Source of the DNA: the human T2T-CHM13v2.0 reference genome, Homo sapiens
Assembly (NCBI RefSeq): GCF_009914755.1
Contig: NC_060928.1
Direction: 5' to 3' (one strand)
DNA: 64,000 nt
Part shown: positions 48,795 through 59,267 of the stretch, one piece after another
Numbering within the stretch: the stretch's first letter is position 1
How the letters are laid out: each line of letters begins with the position of its first letter
Program-made: the position numbers and the translations under genes
The notes under the pieces: model-generated
Database searches by the model: none
What the model saw: only the letters and a program-made list of their open reading frames with translations
What the model was told of the DNA's origin: nothing

Positions 48795-48999
48795 TTCTGG
48801 ATAAACATATATGTACAATTCAAACACAGGGTATCATCCCAATATGAGTGGATAAGTTTCATTTGCCTATATGAGTCAACTCAAGTTGAAAAGGCTTTAC
48901 TCTTTTATCCACTATTTTTTATTTATCCAACCATTCAAAAGTATTCATTGATTGACCACTATGGAGAGTCTATTTGACACTGTTGTCAGTATCTTTGGT

Positions 49000-49210
49000 G
49001 TCACAAAAAACTTGCTTTGAATCCTGGCTCCACTGCTTAACAACAATATGACTTACAGAAAATGACTAAGTCCTCTAAGTCTCTGTTTATACAAGTGTAA
49101 AATGGGAACAATCATATTAAGGATTCAACCACATAATGCGTGTAACTGACTTTACACAGTGCCTGGCACATGGTAAGTTTTCCATACATGTTAGTTAATA
49201 TAATAACAAT
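49000..49210 (+). mobile_element. MIR
   Basis: ttgaatcctggctccactgc...cacagtgcctggcacatggtaag. Confidence 0.8.
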
Positions 49211-50101
49211 AATGATAATGTTTGAGTCAGAGTGATAACTTCTGTGTATGAAATAGTATACTTGAAAGGAAAACAAGATTGCCCTGCCTTAGAGCTTAAT
49301 ATCTTGGAAGTTAACACCTAAGTAAATATTTAGCAATAGAAAAGATAAATAAGTAATACAACAGAATAATGTATAATTGATGCTGAATGATATACATAAA
49401 AAAACAGATACCCCACCACTAAAATCTCCTCCTCACTAATATATTCTCCACAGTTACACTTGTGTTCTGTTTCTAAAATATAGCTTTAATAGTGAGACTC
49501 CTCTGTCCGTAAATTGTTGATGGCCCCTTCTCACCTACATAAAAATGTCCAGGCATCAAAGCATTCACCCATGATCTACATGCTCCCCAAACCTCACAAT
49601 GTACTATAGTCAAATCTTTTATTTCATCCCCCTTCATATTTTACCAGAACTATCCAGAATATGCAATATTTTTTTCTTACTTTAGTGTCACTGCTCAAGT
49701 AGTCACTTCAATGTGGAATACCTTTTCTCCAATTCTTACTGTTGAAGTTTTCCATCCTTGGATGTCCATCCCAAGTATCACCTCTTGTACAAAACCTCCC
49801 TATCTCTTTCATTCAAATTACCTCTCCCCATCCATGTTCATATGGTACATTATGTGCTTTACACATAATCGGGTACAGCAAATGTTTACAGGAAAAATCG
49901 CTTGGAAGAAGAGGTTTGTGCAGAGAGTGGCTGGCCCAAAATGCAAAATGTCAGTCTTTACATTAGACTGGAAGTTTCTTGAGGTCTGAGATGACCTCTA
50001 AGATATCAGAAAGAACTTATAAAGGAAGAAGAAACATTAGCATAATTATAATACTATAGAAACGAAAGGAGGATAATTTCAAGGAAATAAACAAGGGGAT
50101 T

Positions 50102-50486
50102 TGTATTAGTCCATTTTCGCACTGCTGTAAAGAAATTCCTGAGACTGGGTAATTTATCAAGGAAAGAGGTTTAACTGACTCACAGTTCCACATGGCTGGG
50201 GAGGCCTCAGGCAACCTACAATCATGGTGGAAGGGGAAGCAGACACTTCTTACATAGTGGCAGGCTAGAGAGAGAGAGAGAGTGTGTGTGTGTGTGTAGG
50301 AGGAACTGTCAAACACTTTTAAACCCATCAGATATCATGAGAACTCACTATCACAAAAACAGCATGAGGGGAAACTTCCCCCATGATCCAATCACCTCCC
50401 ACCAGGTCCCTCCCTCAATACCTGGAGATTCTGGGGATTACAATTCAAAATGAGATTTGGGTAGAAGACAGAGCCAAACCATATCA
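50102..50486 (-). mobile_element. THE1D-like solo LTR
   Basis: tgtattagtcc...ccaaaccatatca. TSD ggatt/gaatt. Confidence 0.92.
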
Positions 50487-50828
50487 GAATTGATGTTACA
50501 TACTTCAGACAAGTCAAAGAAAATAATGATTGAAAGAGACCTGTACAAGTAAGTTATTGGTTATTTTGGGAAATGCGATTTTCCAAATATACTATACTTA
50601 TTTACTATACAAATATATTATGATAGAAAGATAGATGAGAGAATAGTGAAAATATAAAACTAGGAGTGGTATACTAGTTGCTCAGGGTACAAATAAGTTA
50701 TGAGAGACATGGAAGCTGGTGTATGAGATTGAGGAGGTTTTGTCAAGAGGAAGTAATTTTCAAGATTTTTAAAAAGTTATTTTTTGTTAAGGGATAGAGG
50801 GAAATGATTCATTTAAGAGAGATATTTA

Positions 50829-51137
<309 letters not shown>

Positions 51138-51929
51138 TTAAAATGCAGGAGGAAAGAATTTGAGAAGGAACGGATTTTTTTTTTTTTTTTTAGCTAGACT
51201 CAAAACTGATTACAATTAATCAATGTAATTGTATAATTCCTGTAATTTTATAAAAGGAAATTAAAACCATTCAAACACCAACCTGACCTTTCTGTAAGTT
51301 AGCATTTCTCCATTATGTAGGTAGACTCATGTATTTGGATTACAATAACAATTGTTTGTCCACTGCTCCATTCTTAGGGAAATTCTCAACTGGTTTTATA
51401 TAACCTTCTGGAAGGCTGAGGTTCTCCCTTCGAGCTCCCATCCCCATGCAAGATGACGAGATTCCCCACTCTCTGTTAAGGAAGTCTCTAGGTATTCAGG
51501 ACTGCTAAAGTGCAGCTTGTCTGTCCGTGGAAGACACAGTGGCAGGTGTAACCCTGGAGGGTGTGTTTATCAGAGGTCATTTCCGAAAAAGGGCCTTTCC
51601 TTTTCCTCTCGCTTTGAGAATTCCTAGTGTCATCTTTCAGTTCTTTCCCCAGAGAGTCACAGTCTGCTTTTTCTTTTCCCTTTCTCCAGCTCCAAGCCCT
51701 CAATCTTGTGGTCTATGGGAAAAGAAACAAAACAAAACATGACCCAAAAATCTGTTTAGCATTTAAGTCAATAATTTCTTTGAATCTTTTTTTCAGCATT
51801 GGTGTGGCTGAAGTAGGCAAAAAACTCTCAAGATACTAGTGAGAGGGAAAAAAAAGGGTAGGAAGATACATAGAAAACAAACATTAATGGCCTGAGACAT
51901 ACCCTTGCCAGGTTATTAAACAGATTAAT

Positions 51930-52195
51930 AATAATAAAATGGTTTCACTCTATTTAGTGCTTACTATGTGGGCTTTAAACACTTAACTTTTGTTTTCAAA
52001 CATGTAACTTATGTAATCATCACAACAGCCCAATGAGAAAGGTGCAATTATTTTTATCATTCTACAGATAAGAAAACCAAAGCGCAGAGAAGTTAAGTAT
52101 TTTGGCCAAGGTGACACTGGCGAAACGAGAATTTTGAGTCTAAGCTGTCCAGTTCCAATTCTACACTCTTGATCACTACTCCACATTTTAAAGAT
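51930..52195 (-). mobile_element. MIR
   Basis: catcacaacagcccaatgag...ctacagataagaaaaccaaagcgcagagaagttaag. Confidence 0.8.
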
Positions 52196-52889
52196 GTAAT
52201 GTTCTTAGTTTTGCTGAATTGCTATTTCTCCTAATTAAAACAATAACAACAACACTTCTGGGTATTATTTCAAATATAAATATTATTTTGATAAGATTAC
52301 CTTGTAGAGAAAGATTATTTCATGTAAGTCAGGGAATTAAAAATCAAGATTCCTTGGCTCCTGTACTGGCCCAGCTACCAAAGCAGAATTACCAATGTCT
52401 AGTGAGAATGAAATCATATTGAGAATATTTTCTGTTAGACTCTCAGCAGAGTGATGCTCAGTAACTAGTTAATTGCCCTGATTTATATTGATGATTTACA
52501 AAACTGCATATAACTTGCTATGAAAATATGTAGGTGGTCGTTAGATATCTGAAGAAACGTGGAATTGCCGAAATAGATTTGTCTCAGTTGTATGATTTCA
52601 ATTAAGTTTTTAAATAAGTGCTTTATACATTGCTTGAGTAATCTGAAAATCATCTACAGATATATAGCATATTTATTTCATATGAATTCTCAGGTACGTA
52701 ATGATAGCTATCTCTGTAAACTTGCTATAAATATTCTGAACATCCAAATAAAATCTTCCAGAGAGAATCATCTATGGACACAAATAGAAATGTTACAGAG
52801 GAAAAATAACAAACTAGTAATTACCTTTGGTTTCCCATAGACTTTCTATACAGAATTAATTCCTCCCTTATCTCGGCAGTATCTAAAGC

Positions 52890-53591
52890 AATAGTTATCA
52901 ATCTCTAGTTCGTTCATTCAAAGGAGCTAGTTACATCTTTAAAATGTAGATTCTGAGACACCTCCAGGGCTTCTGATTCATTAGGTCTGGAAAGGACCCC
53001 AAAGTCTGAAATATATATATATATGTGTGTGTGTGTGGGTGTGTATATATGTGTGTTTGTGTGTGTGTGTGTGATATTTTGGTATTTTATTGATAGGAAT
53101 AACATTTTGATGACTTTTTCTTTTAAATTTTATTTTAGGTTCAGTGGATGCATGTGCAAGTTTGCTACCTGGGTAAACCACATGACGCTAAGTTTGAGAT
53201 ATGAATGATCACGTCATTCAGATAGTGAGTATAGTACCCAACAGGTAGTTTTTCAATCCTTGCCCCACCCCAACACTCCCTTATCTAGTAGCCGCCAGTG
53301 TCTATTGTTCCCATCTTTATGTCCATGTGTACTCAATGTTTAGTTCCCATTTATAAATGAGAACATGCATTATTTGGTTTTCTGTTCCTTCATTCATTTG
53401 CTTAGGATAATGTCCTCCAGCTGCATCCATGTTGCTGCAAAAGACGTGATTTCCTTCTTTTTCATGGCTGTGTAGTATTCCATGCTATATATGCACCACA
53501 TTTTCTTTATCCAGTCCCAATCTGTATTTTAAATAATCCCTGTGGGAATTCTGATGCAGATGGTTAGCCCCTCATACTTCAGAAAATACAG
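52890..53591. mobile_element. MER5-type hAT MITE split by an L1
   Basis: aaaatgtagattctgag...ttctgattcattaggtctgg on the left and aatctgtattttaaa...ttctgatgca on the right. Confidence 0.65.
53115..53516 (-). mobile_element. L1 3' end (L1PA15/16 or L1PB-like)
   Basis: Antisense L1 3'UTR, similar to the copy at 130-811. Confidence 0.9.
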
Positions 53592-54861
53592 ATCAGAGGC
53601 ACATGAAGTCAGAGAAATGTGTGGCTGTTTTTGACATGCATGCTTTGCTCAGATAGCGCTTGGAAAGAAGGCCACTTACCTGGTTTTGTTCACTCTACGG
53701 GCCAACAATTGGCTGCATGGTCAACATGTGATTTAAAAATTAAGATACTTCCTTAAACCACTGCTGAAGGAGTCAGTGACTTGAGGTTTCAAAAAACAAC
53801 ACAAAAACTAGTTGAAAAGGACTCAACCTGGAATGTAGAATAAAATATTTATTATTTACTCAACAGTTAATGTAAACAAACATGTATACAGCAAACTCTT
53901 AGGAGCTGTTAATTTCTCATTCCTCTTCACAGAATGACTAAAGAAGCTTTAGCGTAGATGAGGTGGGGGTAATGTTTTTGTCCTCTTATTGCACGACTCC
54001 TCATTTATTTGACTTGGCTTAATGGGATCTACTGATTCTTATCTTGCCTCACAAATGTGAATGTCAATTCCGGCATGTGGTACACTGTGCTAATTTTAAT
54101 ATTTTTAGACTATTTGTAATTGTTCATAAAGATCTTCATCAATTATACCTCTATATCTTTGGTTACTCATATTTTTATTAGGTACTATACATATCTGCGT
54201 GGAATTAAAAACTTGTTTTTCCTCCAACTTGGTGAATATGTTGACCATATCCAGCTGCGACAGATGGGGATGGATATCATCTTTGTTATGACCCAGTGAG
54301 GATGATAGAGGCAGCCTTCCCTTTTCACAGGAAGAGCAGGGCTGCCAAATGGAGTGATGTCTAAAACAGTTTCCAAAAATGGCAGGTTTGACAGTTTTTA
54401 GCATGTGTCACATAATCCAATGCCCACAATGATGCTGCTATTTAAACATACGACTCCCCTTCATTCTCCCTTCTGTGTGGGTTGCACAAGCTTAGTTAAT
54501 GTTACTCTGTTGGTTCTTTTGTGATACAGATAGAGTTTCATCAAAATCCACTTGTTGCAGTTGCAGTTTAAGGTGCAAAAGAAAGACATTTATAGTGTTC
54601 TTGGAAAGTCTGGAATTTCACAAATTAGATTTTTTTAGGTAGGAATAAACTGTCATAAAAAAATAAATTGTCAACACACCAAGACCTGTATAGAGACAAC
54701 TGATTATTTTTTTTCCAATTACTTCTTTCAGGGATAATTTAATTTTCTAGGAAAAAGGGATAAATAGCATGATGATATATTTTTTCTTTACATCCTTCAT
54801 TGCATGATTTTTAATCTGAAACATTTTTAATTCATAAACAGTACAGTGCTAATTGAAAGAG

Positions 54862-55105
54862 TTAGTTACTCTTATGCTTCTGCGGTAAGCACCTCTGATC
54901 TCTAAGGTACCTCGGATAACCAGTGCACAGATACGAACTCTTAAGTAATCTGCAGCACTGGGAACTGGAGTCCACACAGGAAACCCAAAAGCATTCAAGG
55001 TCAAACATCTTCAACCCAAAAGTATGGTGTAGGAAGCTTCTGAAGTCAATCAGAAAGAATATCCATATTTCAGCTACATTAAAAAGTATGAGAGAATCTG
55101 TTATC
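54862..55105 (-). other. Candidate exon (strong splice acceptor, one open frame of 80 codons)
   Basis: Minus-strand acceptor ttttattttgttttctttgcatttag|G at 55106/55105. The frame ITDSLILF...KHKSN* is open. No homolog recognised. Confidence 0.25.
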
Positions 55106-55306
55106 CTAAATGCAAAGAAAACAAAATAAAATCTTGTCTTTGCCTTTAAGACTATGTATTTTAACAACAACAACAAAAGAGTAGAACCACTCTCTGCCTT
55201 CTGCTTTAACATAAGTTCAGTCTAGTTACATTCTTATAAAAGAGCTCCAGAAGCAGCTGTATTTTACTTTTCTTTCTCAGACATATATCAGAATTCATAT
55301 ATCAGA

Positions 55307-55424
55307 GCCTACACAGTCTCCATTTAGAGATACCTAACACTTCTCAAGATTTTAAAGCTTTTGTTGCCTATACAGTCTCCATTTTGGAATATCTTACACT
55401 TCTCAAGATTTTAAAGCTTTTGTT
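55307..55424. repeat. 59-bp tandem duplication, slightly diverged
   Basis: gccta(c/t)acagtctccattt...acacttctcaagattttaaagcttttgtt twice. Confidence 0.93.
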
Positions 55425-55698
55425 TCACCCATTTGTGTGATATTTCGGGGGAGGGGGTAAGTTTTTGCTTTTTCCTTGCAACATTTTTACTCAAAGTCCC
55501 AACCAAATTTCTTGTTAAAAGAACCATCCAGCATGTGTATTTTTGATGATTACTTTCAAAGCAAGGAAACACATCAGTGTGATTAAACTGAAAACAAAAT
55601 AAAGTTGCAGTTTTTTCTAAAATAAATAGGTCCCAAAGCTCAAGTGAATATTGGTTCATCAGTTGTGACAAATGTAAGATATTAACAAAAGGGAAAAG

Positions 55699-56005
55699 GG
55701 CCATGCATGGTGGCTCATGCCTGTAACCCCAGCACTCTAAGAAGCCAAAACATGAGGAATGCCTTGAGGCCAGGAGTTTGAGACCAGTCTGGGCAATGTA
55801 GCAAGACCCAATCTTTATTTAAAAATGAAAAAAATACTCAGGCATGGTGGTGCATGCCTGTAGTCCCAACTACTCAGGAGGCTAAGGCAGAAGGATTGCT
55901 TGATCCTGGGAGTTCAAGGGTACAATTAGCTGAGATTATGCCACTGTACTCCAGCCTGGGTGACAGAGTGAGACCCTGTTTCTAGAATAAATACATAATT
56001 TTTTT
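55699..56005 (+). mobile_element. AluJ inside a short L1M 3' fragment (about 55650-56085)
   Basis: Diverged Alu dimer. Flanks acaaaagggaaa / acaagggaaa. Confidence 0.9.
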
Positions 56006-56134
56006 AAAGACAAGGGAAATCTGGAGGTATGTATATAGGAACTCTCTATACTATCCTTGCAACTTCTTTGTAATTATAATAAAACTACAGTTATGACCTG
56101 CATAATGATGTTTCAGTCAACAGCAGACTGCAAA

Positions 56135-56688
56135 TTATAGGGACAGGAGGCAGCCAAACACCTAGGCAGATTGGAGAGGGTCTCTGGTGAAACCCTACCT
56201 CCAAGCCAAAGACAGTTTAAAGTCTTGAAAAACAAGCTACAAGCTAAATCCTCAGACCGGATTGAAAACTTGTCTTCCTGTTTGGCATGCTTTCCTCTGA
56301 TTGATCCCCTCCCTTCACCTATTGTACATATATCTACTCTTTCCTAATTGGTTTTCTATACTGTATGCCCACCTTGGAGTGGTGTCTTTGCTTTAACCTT
56401 TTTTACATACTCACAAACCAATCAGCAGGCACTCCCCATTCTGAATCCATTAAGTGCCCTAGGCCCAGCCACACACGGGGGGGGGGGGGGGGGGGGGGGG
56501 GGGTGGATTTCCCTGGCTTTGGATAGGGGAACCACCCTTCCCCAACTGTATCCCCTCTCCAATGAGAGTTTTCCTTTTGCTTAATAAACTTTTCTTCACT
56601 CACACTCCCGCGTCCATGAGCCTAATTCTTCTGGTCATGAGACAAGAACTCAAACCTAGCTGAGCTAAGGAGCAGAAAGACTGTATCA
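56135..56688 (+). mobile_element. ERV1 MER4-group solo LTR (MER83/MER61-like)
   Basis: atagggacaggaggcagccaaa...ctgtatca with an internal aataaa. 4-bp TSD caaa/cata. Confidence 0.75.
56477..56503 (+). repeat. G27 homopolymer
   Basis: Read directly. Confidence 0.9.
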
Positions 56689-56767
56689 CATATATGAAGG
56701 TGGCCCTGTAAGATTATAATGGAGCTGAAAATTTCCTATTGCCTAGTGATGTCAGAGCCATGGTACT

Positions 56768-57151
56768 TGATATGGTTTGAATTTGTGTCCTCACCCAAAT
56801 ATCATGTCAATTTGTAATACTCAATGTTGGAAAAGAGGCCTGGTAGGAGGTGACTGGATCATAGGGTGGATTTCCCCCTTGCTACTCTCAGGATGCTGAG
56901 TGAGTTCTCATGCGCTCTGGTTGTTTAAAAGTGTGCATTGCTTCACCCTTTGCTCTCTTCTTCCTCTGACCATGATTCCAGCTCCTGCCTGCTTCTCCTT
57001 CACCTTCTGCCATAACTGTAAGTTTCCTGAGGACTCTCTAGCCATGCTTCCTATACAGCCTGTGGAACTGTGAGCCAATGAAACCTTTTTTCTTTATAAA
57101 TTACTCAGTCTCAGGTATTTCTTTATAGCAGTGCAAGAATGAACTAATACA
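56768..57151 (+). mobile_element. MSTA-like solo LTR
   Basis: tgatatggtttgaatttgtgtcc...actaataca. TSD gtact/gtagt. Confidence 0.88.
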
Positions 57152-59267
57152 GTAGTGTTGTAGCATAATGCATTATTCCCATGTTTGTGGTGATGCTGGT
57201 GTAAACAAACCTACGGCTTATTATACGGCTGCTAGCTGTATAAAAGTATAGCACATACAATTACATACAGTACGTAATACTTGATAATTATAACAACTAT
57301 GTTATTGGTTTATATATTTACCATTATTCAAATATAATGATTTGCCATTATTTTAGAGTATACTCCTTCTGCTTAATTTCTTCAAGTTAACCAAAAAATA
57401 GCTTCAGGAAGGTATTTCAGGAGGTATTCCAAAAGAAGAGATTGTTATCCTAGGAGGTGACAGCTCAATGAGTGTTATTGCCCCCTGAAGACCTTCCAGT
57501 GGGACAAAATGTGGAGGTGAAAGACAGTGATATTGATGATCCTGATGTGGCCTAGGCTAATGCTGTGCTTGTCTAAGTTTTTAACAAAAAAAGTTTGAAA
57601 GTTACAGAAAAACTTTAAAAGTTAGAAATAGAAAAAAGCTTCTAGAATGAGGGTATAAAGGGAAAATATTTTTGTATAGCTGTACAATGTGTTTGTGTTT
57701 TAAGTTGTATTATTATAAGTGTCAAAAAGCTTTGGAAAATTTAAAAATTCATAAAATAAAAATGTTACCATAAGCTAAGGTTACTTTATTGTTAAAGAAA
57801 GAAAACATGTTCAATTAAATTTAGTGTAGCCTAAGTGTATAGTGTTTATAACGTCTACAGTAGTATATGGTAATGTCCTAGGTGTTCAAATTCATTCATC
57901 ACCCACCACTCACTGACCCAGAGCAAGTTCAGTCCTGCAAGCTCCATTCACGGTAAGTACCCTATACAAGTATGCCATTTTTTATCTTATATACCATATT
58001 TTTACTGTACCTTTTCTATGTTTAGATCTGCTTAGATACACGCACACTTCCCATTGTGTTCCAATTGCTACAGTATTCGGTACAGCAATATGCTGTACAG
58101 ATTTGTAGCTGAGGACAAATAGGCTATACCACAGCTTAGGTGTGTAGTAGGCTGTAACATCTAGGTTTGTGTGAGTAAACTCTGATGTTTGCACAATGAC
58201 AAAATTGCCTCATGATGAGTTTCTCAGAACATATCCCTGTTATTAAGCAATGCATGATTGCATTTAAAAATATACATTTAAAGCTTAAGGTACAAAGAGC
58301 AGAGATAAAAGGTGAAAATTACATGAACCTTTGAAGATTATCTAGTCTAAACAACTGCTGAGTGTCAGAATGTTTTCATCAACATCACCCATAAGGATTA
58401 TCTAGTCTAGATACCCTTGAATTATATTTCATCAGAAAAATCTTTAAGCCAAGGAAACCCAATAAATATATTTTGGGGACTCCTCTAAGAGAAAGTTACC
58501 CCCTTTTTTAAGTCCAAATCTCTCTCTCTGTGTGGATTCCATTTTAGAGACATTCTTGGGTTCCTAGTAAGCCTTTAGCTCCTCAAGGACTGGGACTCTT
58601 CAATCTTTGTACTCTCTACTCAATACATGTTCAATATGAAACAAATTGAATTCCTTGCAGTAGTTCGCTCAGGCTGCTGTTCTGTGTGGGAAATGCGTGA
58701 GGGGAGAAGAAAAGACACACCCACAATACCTTTAAGGGTAAACAAGCTTTGTCCCACATAAATGACAATGCAGATATAATAAGCAAATGATATAATAAAC
58801 AAATTAATATAACAAGCCAATTGCAATGGGAAGGAGAGAAGGGAAAAGATATATATATATATAGTTATACTCACCAGACCATGGAGGATTCACCACCAGA
58901 CTGGGAAGCAACAGCCTGGGCTCCAGAGTCAGCCACTCAAACGTGCACAGATGAGGAGAGGTCTCATGAAGCTTCGGTGCAGTCTGGGACTCTAGCTCTT
59001 TCTGTAATGAGTTGTTTGACATAAGGCCCAGTCACGAGGGCCCTTCACGACAAGGCTCAAGGAACACAAAAAGGTCAACTTGTTTTTACGATTGTCTATT
59101 GTTTTTCAATAACTAACATATAGGAATAGATTAAAATAGACATTTCTCCAAAACAGCACTGGATGAAGGCCTCAAGGAGCTCACACAGCCTGTTCCAGGA
59201 CTTGGTGACCATTGTTTGTGGCCATGTTCAATTGAGTTCACATTTAATATTTAACTTTTCCTCCACA

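Larger units (their letters stand above)
56088..58260. mobile_element. Tigger3b/MER7-like DNA transposon with two nested LTRs
   Basis: Terminal inverted repeats cagttatgacctgcataatga and ttattaagcaatgcatgattg. Internal ccctgaagaccttccagtgggacaa. Confidence 0.88.

Noticed and set aside
55030-55075. IFFLIDF resembling the phospholipid scramblase C-terminal motif CFLIDF
   Set aside because: The flanking residues do not match, and a short match is expected by chance.
58336-58409. gattatctagtcta repeated 60 bp apart (CRISPR-like spacing)
   Set aside because: Only two copies in a eukaryotic context. Probably a decayed local duplication.
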